Assembly (NCBI RefSeq): GCF_009914755.1 | Contig: NC_060925.1 | Direction: 5' to 3' (one strand) | DNA length: 64,000 nt | DNA from: the human T2T-CHM13v2.0 reference genome, Homo sapiens | Shown here: positions 1 through 29,200 of the stretch, piece after piece | Layout of the letters: the number at the start of each line of letters is the position of its first letter | Numbering within the stretch: position 1 is the first letter of the stretch | Made by a program: the position numbers and the translations under genes | The notes under the pieces: generated by a model | Database searches by the model: none | What the model saw: only the letters and a program-made list of their open reading frames with translations | Told to the model about the DNA's origin: nothing

Positions 1-895
1 CGGTAGGGGGACTCTCCATGGATGGGGAGGAGGCCCCAGCCCCTGAGGACGTCACCAAGTGGACCGTGGATGACGTCTGCAGCTTCGTGGGGGGCCTGTC
101 TGGCTGTGGAGAGTACACTCGGGTAAGGGGGGGCCCCAGTTCCTGGGGCGGGGCTGGAGCTGGCTGGCAGTCACTACCTCCCTGGAAAGGATGGTGGGGT
201 AGGGCCATTCCCCAACGCCCTCTCCCTCCCCAAAAGCAGTGCGCAGCAGGGACTGGACTGTGCACCCCACCTTTTTTTTTTTTTTTTTTTGCCAGGTGTT
301 TTCTGCCTGACACTCAAACCCAACAGATCACTGTTTTTAAAAAATTTCCGTGAGCTGCACAAACAGCTCCTCTTGGCTCTGCTGGGCTGGAGGATGGAGC
401 AGCACCCGGGTCCTGACCCTCCCTCCCTCCCCCTTCCAGGTCTTCAGGGAGCAGGGGATCGACGGGGAGACCCTGCCACTGCTGACGGAGGAGCACCTGC
501 TGACCAACATGGGGCTGAAGCTGGGGCCCGCCCTCAAGATCCGGGCCCAGGTGAGACGCTGGGGAGTGAGGTCAGGGTCTCCAGACCACAGCTGGGCAGA
601 AAGCTCTGGGTGGGTGTGCGACAGCCCCCACCAGGCCATCTCTCTGCAGGTGGCCAGGCGCCTGGGCCGAGTTTTCTACGTGGCCAGCTTCCCCGTGGCT
701 CTGCCACTGCAGCCACCAACCCTGCGGGCCCCGGAGCGAGAACTCGGCACAGGAGAGCAGCCCTTGTCCCCCACGACGGCCACGTCCCCCTATGGAGGGG
801 GCCACGCCCTTGCCGGTCAAACTTCACCCAAGCAGGAGAATGGGACCTTGGCTCTACTTCCAGGGGCCCCCGACCCTTCCCAGCCTCTGTGTTGA
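1..895 (+). CDS. SAMD11: SAM domain-containing protein 11, last three coding exons (5'-partial): <1-122, 440-550, 650-895
   Basis: The translation gives a SAM domain (DVTKWTVDDVCSFVGGLSGCGEYTR|VFREQGIDGETLPLLTEEHLLTNMGLKLGPALKIRAQ|VARRLG...QPLC*). GT-AG sites at 123, 439, 551 and 649; TGA at 893-895. Confidence 0.97.
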
Positions 896-972
896 GGTTG
901 CCGGGGGTAGGGGTGGGGCCACACAAATCTCCAGGAGCCACCACTCAACACAATGGCCCTGCCTCCCACCGC

Positions 973-978
973 TTTATT
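973..978 (-). terminator. NOC2L: NOC2L polyadenylation signal
   Basis: TTTATT on + equals AATAAA on -, ~460 nt after the NOC2L stop. Confidence 0.85.
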
Positions 979-1298
979 TCTTTCGGTTTCGGATGCAAAA
1001 CAAAAAATTTTAAAAGAAAATGTGACTTCAAAGGAAAAGAACAAATTTCCAAAGACTTGGGGGAGTGAAGGCAGAGCCTGGTGCAGATGGACGAGGTCTG
1101 CAGACGGAGGGCAGAGGTGGTGGAAGGGGCCAGGGGCCTGCAGGCCTCCCCCTGGAACTGGGACTGGTCTCGGTCTGCTGACGTCAGGGTCAGCTCCCCC
1201 GCGGAGCTGACTTCAGCAGCCCACAGCTGTGGGGCTTCAGCAGCCACACCAGCCCAGCCCAGCCCAGCTCTCGATACGTTTGGTCTTTCATGCTGAAA

Positions 1299-1311
1299 AA
1301 TAAATAATAAA
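1299..1311 (+). terminator. SAMD11: SAMD11 polyadenylation signal (AATAAATAATAAA)
   Basis: Tandem AATAAA hexamers ~400 nt after the stop codon. Confidence 0.85.
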
Positions 1312-1435
1312 GCCTGTCCCGTGTCTACTGCCTCCCCCAACTGCACAGACGCCAGCCTCTAGGCCTGACTGCCAGGGAGGTGGAAACACTGGCCACCAGC
1401 CCGGCAGCCCCTACAGGCCCCCCAGATGGGCTGCC

Positions 1436-18560
<17,125 letters not shown>

Positions 18561-21320
18561 ATCCCGGTGTCCCCCGACCCTGTGCCTCCCTCACCTGCCT
18601 CTCGGTGCCCCGTAGACTCTGCTCCCAGCCGCCAGTCTCCTGCAGCTGAATGGCGTCCGAGACGCTTGCTGCAAGTTTCTACTGAGTCAGCTCGACCCCT
18701 CCAACTGCCTGGGTATCCGGGGCTTTGCCGATGCCCACTCCTGCAGCGACCTGCTCAAGGCCGCCCACAGGTACGTGCTGCAGCACTTCGTGGACGTGGC
18801 CAAGACCGAGGAGTTTATGCTGCTGCCCCTGAAACAGGTAACAGCTGGCGGGCCCAGCCCTCGCCCCCCACCCCACCCCACCCCAGTCTTTGTCTTTGAC
18901 TCCCGACCCCGTTTTGTTCCTGACACAGCCCTGCCCACAATCCTTAGTGCCTGCTGTGTGTCCCCGAGACCTTCCTGGATCTGGGCCCCCCAGGAGCCTC
19001 GTCTGTGGCTCCTGACTCTGCTCGGCCCCTCCCAGTATGAACACTCAGCCCCCACCTGCTAACCCTCCCTCCTAGGCATCTTCAGGGCTCCCTGGGTCCA
19101 CAGGACCCTCCCCAGATCTCAGGTCTGAGGACCCCCACTCCCAGGTTCTGGAACTGGTCTCTAGCGACAGCCTGAACGTGCCTTCAGAGGAGGAGGTCTA
19201 CCGAGCCGTCCTGAGCTGGGTGAAACACGACGTGGACGCCCGCAGGCAGCATGTCCCACGGGTGAGGCGCGGCCGCGGGGGGCTCCCACAGCATCCAGGA
19301 GGGCATGCAGGTGGCTGAGGGCCTGGTGCACCCTGACCTTCCCCGAGTTCAGGGACTCCGTGGGGGTGGTGCCCCCACCTGTCTGAAGAAGAATCCATCA
19401 CACAGGTGGTACGGGCATCTGGGGGGTTGTCTCAGCCCTGACGCCCAGTGTGCCCGAGGGTCCCGCCTGACCTTGGCGTTCCCTGCACCCCAGCTCATGA
19501 AGTGTGTGCGGCTGCCCTTGCTGAGCCGCGACTTCCTGCTGGGCCACGTGGATGCCGAGAGCCTGGTGAGGCACCACCCTGACTGCAAGGACCTCCTCAT
19601 CGAGGCCCTGAAGTTCCACCTGCTGCCTGAGCAGAGGGGCGTCCTAGGCACCAGCCGCACACGTCCCCGGCGCTGCGAGGGGGCCGGGCCTGTGCTTTTT
19701 GCTGTGGGTATGGCCCCCCGCCCGTTTCCCTCCTGCCCTGTGCCTTCTACTCCCCACCAGCACAAGCCCACCCCACCTGTGCCGGTCAGGTCCTGACCTG
19801 CCCCTCCGCCCCTCCATTCAGGGGCCTCTCCAGGAGCCTGGGGTGTGGCCCAGCAGTGGGATCCACTCACGAGTCCCGTCTCCACCTGCCCTCCCCAGGC
19901 GGCGGGAGCCTGTTTGCCATCCACGGAGACTGTGAGGCCTACGACACGCGCACCGACCGCTGGCACGTGGTGGCCTCCATGTCCACGCGCCGGGCCCGGG
20001 TGGGAGTGGCTGCGGTGGGGAACCGGCTCTATGCTGTGGGCGGGTAAGCCTGGAGGCTGGACTTGGGTCGGGTCTGGCACGTGCCCGCCAGGCCAGTCTT
20101 GACCTGCAGTGGCTTAATTCCGCTAGCTATGATGGGACCTCAGACCTGGCTACCGTGGAGTCCTACGACCCCGTGACTAACACGTGGCAGCCGGAGGTGT
20201 CCATGGGCACAAGGCGAAGCTGCCTGGGTGTGGCCGCCTTGCATGGACTCCTGTACTCGGCCGGCGGCTATGACGGGGCCTCCTGCCTGAACAGGTAGTT
20301 GGGGTTGGGGCCCCAGTGGCTTTGTACAGTCCATCTGCAAGAGGCAAGTTTGTGTCACCATCACAGGGGTCGTATCTGATGGGGTGTTAAAGGAGGTGAT
20401 CCGCGAGGCCGTTTCACCCCAGGCCACTGCCACACTGGGCCTGAACTCTTGGCTTTGCTGCCCCAGTGCCCTTTCCTCTCTCGGGTCCTTACCCCCAGTC
20501 CAGAGGCTGGGCCCAGGTGGGTGTGCACCCAGGGTTGTTCAGGCAGCCAGGGTCCTGTGCCCACCAGCGGGCCCTGCCTGGTAGGACTTTGCGGTCTGAG
20601 TTTGACTCCTAGGGTAAGATTTCAGCCATTCCGCTGGGGAGGGCAGGTCCTGGGGCCGGGACGCCTTTCTGTCTCTGCTGAGCTGTGGCTGCGGTCCTGG
20701 TGCCCACAGTGCTGAACGCTACGACCCCCTGACCGGAACGTGGACGTCCGTCGCTGCCATGAGCACCCGGAGGCGCTATGTGCGAGTGGCCACGCTTGGT
20801 GGGTGATGGGGCCTGCCTGGGGGGCATCCCCACCTTCCCCCACCGTGGAGACCCCACTCCCAGCAGGAGTGCCACGGGTGTGTTGACTTCCGGCAGATGG
20901 GAACCTGTATGCTGTGGGCGGCTACGACAGCTCCTCACACCTGGCCACTGTGGAGAAGTATGAGCCCCAGGTGCATAGTGCACCCCTCCTGGCCACCCCC
21001 TCCCGTGCGCCGCGGGGCCCTCCTCCCTCTGTTTACCCACATCCCCCCCATTCCTGACACCCCACCCTGGAGTCGGGGCTGCGGCAGAGGAGGGATGCCA
21101 GTGGCGGGTCTGCGTCCAGCCCACGCCCTCGCCCCCAGGTGAACGTGTGGTCGCCCGTGGCGTCCATGCTGAGCCGACGCAGCTCAGCGGGCGTGGCCGT
21201 GCTGGAGGGTGCCCTGTACGTGGCAGGGGGCAACGACGGCACCAGCTGCCTCAACTCGGTAGAGAGATACAGTCCAAAGGCTGGAGCCTGGGAAAGCGTG
21301 GCGCCCATGAATATCCGCAG

Positions 21321-21560
21321 GTCCGCAGTGGGGCTGCCGGGAGGGGTCCGCAGGTCCGCAGTGGGGCTGTGGGAGGGGTCCGCGCGTCCGCAGTGGGGCT
21401 GTGCTGCGGGAAGGGGGGGGCCGGGTCCGCAGTGGGGATGTGCTGCCGGGAGGGGGGCGCGGGTCCGCAGTGGGGATGTGCTGCCGGGAGGGGGGCGCGG
21501 GTCCGCAGTGGGGATGTGCTGCCGGGAGGGGGGCGCGGGTCCGCAGTGGGGATGTGCTGT
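21321..21560. repeat. 38-bp G-rich VNTR at the start of KLHL17 intron 11
   Basis: GTCCGCAGTGGGGATGTGCTGCCGGGAGGGGGGCGCGG at 21425, 21463, 21501 and (partial) 21539, plus three shorter variants upstream. Confidence 0.95.
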
Positions 21561-22404
21561 GAGAAGGGAGTTCTCCCAACCTCAGCGAGCATGTCCCGCC
21601 ACCACCCCTTTTTGTGGTGTGGCCCCTCCCCCCGCATCCCTTCCTGCAGCCAGGGGCTCACCCCGCCTTCCCCCCAGGAGCACGCATGACCTGGTGGCCA
21701 TGGACGGATGGTTGTACGCCGTGGGGGGTAACGACGGTAGCTCCAGCCTCAACTCCATCGAGAAGTACAACCCGAGGACCAACAAGTGGGTGGCCGCATC
21801 CTGCATGTTCACCCGGCGCAGCAGTGTGGGTGTGGCGGTGCTGGAGCTGCTCAATTTCCCGCCGCCATCCTCCCCGACGCTGTCCGTGTCCTCCACCAGC
21901 CTCTGACCCACCTACCACCAGAGGCCTGCAGCCTCCCACATGCCTTAAGGGGACCGTGGCCCCCACCAGGGACGTCCTGCGCCATCCGTTCACGTCTCTG
22001 CATCCATTCCTTCATGTCTTTATTTAGTTGTTTATTTATTTAGTTATTTATCTTATTGAGAGGTGAGGAGTGCCACGGCTGCCCGTTTACACCTTTAGCG
22101 TCTGGTCCTCCTGCGTGTCCTCCCCTCCACTGCCTGCATGGGGGGCGCGGGGAGTGACCAGGCGGGGGCCTCACCGCCCCAGGGCCGTTGCCTGCTCAGA
22201 CCTTGCAGGCTGTGGAGCAAGAGGCCCTGGGTCTCTCCAAGCAGCTGCAGACCCCAGCTCGAATTTTGCACATGGCGGGGTCCCGGGAAGGGTGGGGAGC
22301 AGGTGTCCTTCCTGTCGTCGTCTGCCGTGTGCCATCTTTCCTGGATCTTGTAGCGGGTGCACACGCGTGCACTGGGACCCCACACAGCAATACGAGTCCA
22401 ACTT

Positions 22405-22410
22405 AATAAA
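22405..22410 (+). terminator. KLHL17: KLHL17 polyadenylation signal
   Basis: AATAAA ~500 nt after the stop. Confidence 0.85.
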
Positions 22411-23242
22411 CACATTTCTGGGGTTCCTCAGGCTGAGCATCTCTCTCTGGCATGTGGGGCAGCTGCGCAACTTTGGGTCCTGTCTGGGGTCCAGGGTGAG
22501 GGGTGTGGGGGGGTGCCCTGAGATGCGCAGGCATCTGGGAGCTGCAAGGCAGAGCTGTGCGTCCAGGGAGGGTGGGGGCCGTGCAGTTCCTGTGGACCAG
22601 CGTCCCAGTGTGGGTGGCGTTTGCCTGGGCTGGGTACTGAGGCCGAGGTCCCCGCCACATCGTGGGCTCTGGGGTTAGGGCTGGGGAGGACAGCCTTGCC
22701 CCCGAGTGCGCTGACTGTCTTGGCCGTCTAGGGGGCATGTGGCCTCCCTGAGTCCCCTTAAGCCTTGGGGACCCTGACTCGGGTCTGTGGCGAGGGGGCC
22801 CAGGCAGGAGGGGAGGCTGCGGTGGCTTTGGCCGCCGTCTCCTGTGCTGGAACTCCTGCCTCAGCCCTCCCTGCAGTCACCGGTGACTCAGGCCGGCCAG
22901 AGTTTAGATGGAAACAGGATGTGTGGGCACGTTGTCCGGGGGGGCCTGGAAGGTCGCCCCGGGTTCACCAAGCCGGAGCACAGGCAGGTGGGGTACCTCT
23001 GCACACTGGAGGCCTCGTCTGGGCCAGAGGGGTGCTTGCCCCAAGGCTGGCCTCTCGAGTGGAGGGCCCAGGGCAGAGACCTGCACGGCTCAGGTAGGGG
23101 CCAGGCCTCTTCCAGAAAGGCTCCACCCTCGCCCAGGCCCTGGTGCCGGGCGGGACGTCCCGGAGCCCCGCCTGCCCGCGGGAGGCGGGGGCAGGAGGCT
23201 GTGGACAGGGACCCAGACTTGCCGACCTGTACGACTCTGGCC

Positions 23243-26200
23243 ATGGGGAACAGCCACTGTGTCCCTCAGGCCCCCAGGAGGCTCCGGGCCTCCTTCTCCA
23301 GAAAGCCCTCGCTGAAGGGAAACAGGTGAGCGGGGCGTGGGTGCGGCCACCTGGGCGCAGGGCTCCCCCACCCGCTCCGGGGCCAAGCCACGAGACCCCT
23401 TGCCTTGTCCCCAGAGAGGACAGCGCGCGGATGTCGGCCGGCCTGCCGGGCCCCGAGGCTGCTCGAAGCGGGGACGCCGCCGCCAACAAGCTCTTCCACT
23501 ACATCCCGGGCACGGTGAGCGCGGCGTGCACGGTGGCTGTGGTCTGGGAGCGTGGCTCTGCCCGCGCGTGTGTGCCGTGTGTCCGTGCAGCTCAGGGTCT
23601 TCCCCTCGCCCCCGGGGCGTTCAGACCCCGGTAGGTGAGGAGCCGACGCTGACTGCCCCGCCCTGGGGAGCTCATCCGGCCGAAAGTCTGAGCGGAGAGC
23701 GAAACCGCGACGCAGGACTGAGTCAGTCGGGAGAGAGCTGGGCGGGGCGGGCCGCGGGCGGGGCCTCCCGGGACCTCCTCCCGCAGGGGACCAGCGCACG
23801 TGTCTCTGTCGCTGCAGTGGGGCTTGGGGTCGTGCCGGCAGGTAGTGTCACTTGAGAGTAAGGGGCCTCAGATGAGCAGCGAGCCAGCCGGTCACCTACA
23901 CCGGCCTTTCTCCCTGGGTGTCCCGCAGGAAGTTGCCGCTGGGTATGGCCGCCTGGTCCACAGCAATCCCTCTGTGCACGCGCCGGCCTCCTCCCAGCTT
24001 GCCAAGGCCATGCAGCAAGGAGGTGTCTCCCAAGCACACACTAGGCCACCTCTCCGTCAAAGGAGCAGAAGACCACCCCCATGCCCACCCCCCGCCAGCC
24101 CCTGTGGGACTAAGGGTCTTCACAGGGTAGATCCCAGCCCCTTTCAGATGTGTCTGGTGCTGGGATGAGGGAACAGGACCAGGAACCTGGGCTTCAGGGC
24201 AGACAGGAACCCCCACTGCACCCCCGTCAGGCAGCCTGGATGGGTGGGCTCCGCTATGTGCAGGCCCTAGGAGCATCTGCGGGAGAGGACGCCTGCCCTG
24301 CACTCCTGGGTCCAGCAGCTGGCATGACCGTGCAGACCCCTTTGCCAACATGCCCCCGCCAGGCAGGAAGCTCGTGCCATACCCTCTCCTGACCTCCAGA
24401 GTTTCAGGGCTCCCTGCAGACAAGTACTGGTTTCGGAAACCACGCTGCCTCAGAGGAGTGGGCAGGGAGAGGGAGCCGGGCTGGGTTAGGGGTGGGGTCC
24501 CTGTGGCTGCATCTCAGACACCACTCCCTCTGTCCAGGCCCAGGACATGCAGTGTGACCCTGGGGGGTCCTATGAGGTGTGGTGGGTGGCCGTAGTGGTC
24601 CTCCCTTGCCAGGACATGGTAGCCACAGAGGCAACAACCTGCTGAACCTCGGGAAATGGGGCTGGGGGAGGAGCTCTGGGCCAGTCCTAGAGCCAGTGCT
24701 CCGCGGCCCTGTACCTGGGCTCTGCACCCAGTGCTGTGAGCTGGCTCTACTACGGCTCCAAGCTGAGTCCTCCCCGGGGCCCCGAGGCTGAGCTGCGCTG
24801 CAGGGCCAGCTGTGTGGCCCTTCCTGGTCTGTGGCCTATTTTTCATGGGTGCCAACCCGGCATCAGTTCCCACGCTGGGTGTGGGTACAGGAGGCCCCAC
24901 CCAGAGGCAGAAGGCCGGGAAAGCCATGCGTCTGTCTGTTCACATTCCTGGGCCTGCTCAGGGGCAGCTAAGCTTGGCCAGGGCACAGCAGCTCTGCAGG
25001 TAGCTCTCGCCAGCTCCTAGAAGGAGGAGGACACCTTCCCACTTGGCCCTGAGCCTGTGGATCACAGAGGTCTCCAGCCCCAGGTTCACACCCGTCCCTT
25101 TTCTGACTTCCAACCTGGTGATCAAAGCCTGCATTTGTAGAGGACTGTGTGTGCCAGGATTGACTACATGTGGCGTGGATGTGGAGTCCCCTCCCCTCTC
25201 AGCACATGCAGTGATACCCACAGCACATCCCAGGCCCTGTCTTAGGCTCTGGGGACACAGCAGTGAACGGAATAGACAACCCCTGTTCTGCTAGTGCTCC
25301 CATTCCCACGGCAGAGACACACGACGGGACAAATCAATAGATCCAGTGAGCGGGGTCAGGTCGGTGCTAAGGAGAAAAACAGAGGGGATGAGTGCAGAGG
25401 ATCAGGGAAGGCTGGAATTTTAGAAAGGCTTTCAGAAAAGGAATTCTTGGAGCAGGTAATGTCTGAGCAAAGCTGCAAAGCGGGTAAGGAGGGGGGTCAG
25501 GACTGAGCGGTCCCCAAAGCAGGAACAGAACATGCAGCAGCCAGAGAGCATGGGTCTGATGTGAGGAGACAGTGAGGCCGGGGCAGCCACAGAGACCCCT
25601 CGGGGGAGACCCCTCGGGGCACTGCCAGGACCCCGTTGTCCCCTGAGTGAGGCATACGGAGCGGCCAACACACAGAGGATCGACCCCAGAAATCTCCTCA
25701 CATATTTCAGGCTGGGGGCTGGAAATGGGCAACGGTGAGGACACTGACACCGAGGAGATTGGCAAACGTTACAAATCAGGGCATCGGTGTGTTTCTGTGT
25801 CTGTTTTTTGTAGAACCAGGTGTTAAGCATTTACCATACAATACTGCAGACGTGGGAGGGTTTTGAGTGTTACCCAGACACCCCCAAATTCTTCTAACAA
25901 GTCTTCAGAGGTTGAATAACCCAAGCCATGTTACACAGCTTAGGAAAGAATGAAGATGGGTTTAATCCACTGAGTCCAGATCTCACCATCTCTACCACTA
26001 GACCAGGCAGCTCTGTGTGGGGAAGTGTGTCTGTGTGTGCGTGTGTGTGCACAAGTGTGTATGTGTGCATGTGTTTGCACGTGTATATGTGTGCACACAT
26101 CTGTGTGTATATGCACAGGTGTATGTATACGTGTGTGTTGGTGTATTTGTGTGTGTGTGGAAATGTATGCATGTATGCAGTGTGCATGTGTGCATGCATG

Positions 26201-29200
26201 TGTGTGCATGTGTGTATAGGTGTGCATGTGTATGTGTGCACGTGTGTATGTGCACGTGTGTATGTGTATACATGTGTATGGGTGTATTTGCGTGTGGATA
26301 TGTATGCATGTATGCACGTGTGTGCATATCTGTGTATGTGCAACTGTGTATGTGTGCACGTGTGTATCCATGCATATGTGTGCGTGTGTGTACATGTGTG
26401 TATAAGTGCGTATGTGTGTTCCCGTGTGTATGCATCTGTGTCTGTATTGTGTGGCATGTATGTGTCTATTGTGTGTGTATGCATGTGTGTGTGTGTGCAT
26501 TTATACATGTGTATGTGTGCGCATATATGGATGCATGCATGTTGCCTGCATGTGCACGTATCGGGTGTGTGTGCGTGTACGTGTACACGAATATGCATGT
26601 ATGCATATATGTATGCACGTGTGTGTAAATTCTGCCGTGACTGTTTTCCTGTGGAAAGGCTGAGTGTGCAGGTTCTGTGCCTGTGGGGGGCTGTTCTTCA
26701 CGTATGTGTTGTGTGGCTGTGCACAGGTTCTGTGCCTGTGGGGGGCTGTTCTTCACGTATGTGTTGTGTGGCTGTGCACAGGTTCTGTGCCTGTGGGGGG
26801 CTGTTCTTCACGTATGTGTTGTGTGGCTGTGCACAGGTTCTGTGCCTGTGGGGGGCTGTTCTTCACATATGTGTTGTGTGGCTATGCACAGGCAGACCAT
26901 GCTATAGTCCTGTAGCTGTGTGGATGCGAGCGGAGGGGGTGGGGGGCCCAGGGGAGGCCCCCTCCCCTGAGCTCTACTCCTCCTAGGACATCCTGGACCT
27001 GGAGAACCAGCGAGAAAACCTGGAGCAGCCATTCCTGAGTGTGTTCAAGAAGGGGCGGCGGAGGGTGCCTGTGAGGAACCTGGGAAAAGTTGTGCATTAC
27101 GCCAAGGTCCAGCTGCGGTTCCAGCACAGCCAGGTGGGGGCCGGGCTGGGTGGAGCACGCTAAGGGTGCAGCATCCCCATCAGCCTGGGGCTCCCCAGAC
27201 TCCGCACTGACGACCCTGCTCCCCGCGCAGGATGTCAGCGACTGCTACCTGGAGCTATTCCCCGCCCACCTGTACTTCCAGGCCCACGGCTCGGAAGGAC
27301 TCACATTTCAGGTGAGGCGGTGGGCAATGGGGTGGGGCCATGGCCGCCCTTCCCTCCATGGATCCCTGAAGCTCCTCCTACCCTGTGCCTGGCAGGGGCT
27401 GTTACCGCTGACGGAGCTGAGTGTCTGCCCGCTCGAGGGGTCCCGAGAGCACGCCTTCCAGATCACAGGTGTTTGGGATGCTTCCCGGGCCCCCAGAGGC
27501 ACTCCTGACCCAGGACTTGGAGAGGGGCCTGCCCTGTGGCTGCGGAGCACGTGTGTGTATGTGTGTGCCCTCTCTGCCCTGCCCGCAGGCCCACTGCCCG
27601 CACCCCTCCTGGTGCTCTGCCCCAGCCGGGCCGAGCTGGACCGCTGGCTTTACCACCTGGAGAAGCAGACGGCCCTCCTCGGGGGGCCGCGGCGCTGCCA
27701 CTCGGCACCCCCACAGGTCAGTGCCGGGGACCCCACCCCCCTCCCCACCCTGATCCTCGCAGCCGGCTCTGACCTCCTCCTCACAGGGGTCCTGCGGAGA
27801 CGAACTCCCCTGGACTTTGCAGCGCCGTCTAACCCGGCTGCGGACGGCGTCAGGGCACGAACCCGGCGGCAGTGCTGTCTGTGCCTCGAGGGTCAAGCTG
27901 CAGCACCTGCCCGCACAGGTGGGTGGGAGGTGCGTGGGGCTGTAGGGGGATGGGAGGGGTGCATGGTGGTGGGCAGGGCGGTGCAACAGCAGCTCAGTTC
28001 CCTCATCGCCTGACCCCACCCCCACCCACCCAGGAGCAGTGGGACCGGCTCTTGGTCCTGTACCCAACGTCCTTGGCCATTTTCTCCGAGGAGCTGGACG
28101 GGCTTTGCTTCAAGGTGGGCCCCTCCCCACTGTGGGCCCGCCCCAGGGAGGCAGCTGTGTGGGGGTGGGAGGGGGCAGCCATGCAGGAGGAACCTGTATT
28201 TCGGGGCTTGTTGAGACAGAGCGCAGGGCCCTGCCCACCCAGCCCGCGGTCCTGGTCAGTCTGGTCTCCGCTGTGACATGGAGGAGCCCCTGCCCGCCCT
28301 GAGGTTCTCACCCTGAGGTTCTTGACCGTCACCCTGGGGCGGGCAGCATGGGGCTGAGAGCCCCTCCCGGGGACTCCCTTGTGTGTGCCTGCCCGTGAGG
28401 CGTGTGTGTGCACACGTGCGTGTGCGTGTGTCCTCCAGGGCGGGCTCCGGGAAGGGGGTGTGCACTCACGGTAACCTTCAGTCACTGAGGAACAAACACA
28501 GGCCCTCCCCATGGTTCACCCGGCCCAACTTCTTCTCTGGGGACCCCAAGAGGCCAGTCCTGTGGCTTTGTGTGTCTGCCCCTAGCCGGCGAAGGCCCCC
28601 GCGCCAGGGTTGGTGGTAGCCCCAGGAGACATGGGACCCACTGGCCTCCCTCAGGGTGGTGGCCTCGGTGCCCAGCTCTCCAAGTACCCAGCCAAGCTCT
28701 GGAGGGCAAGAGGGTGGGATGAGGCCAGGCGGGGCCCCGGGGCTGCCCCTACAAAGGCCTGGCCCTCAATCTCTGCTCCGCAGGGGGAGCTCCCACTCCG
28801 TGCCGTCCACATCAACCTGGAGGAGAAGGAGAAGCAGATCCGCTCCTTCCTGATTGAAGGTAGGGCCCTGACCCTGGTTCTGCCTCCCGCCTGGCCAGGC
28901 CATGGTGGGGCGGGAGCCTGGGGGACGCCCGACTCTTTAGTGGGGGCGCTGAGGGGTGCACCCCCCCGCCAGCCCCTCACAGCATCTGTATGCCAGGCCC
29001 CCTCATCAACACCATCCGCGTGGTGTGCGCCAGCTACGAGGACTACGGTCACTGGCTGCTGTGCCTTCGCGCTGTCACCCACAGGGAGGGGGCCCCGCCG
29101 CTGCCTGGTGCCGAGAGCTTCCCAGGGTCGCAGGTGAGGGGTCAATAGGCCCCACAGCCCAGGTCCTGGGCAGTGGTAAAAAGGGGGCAGCAGACCGGGC

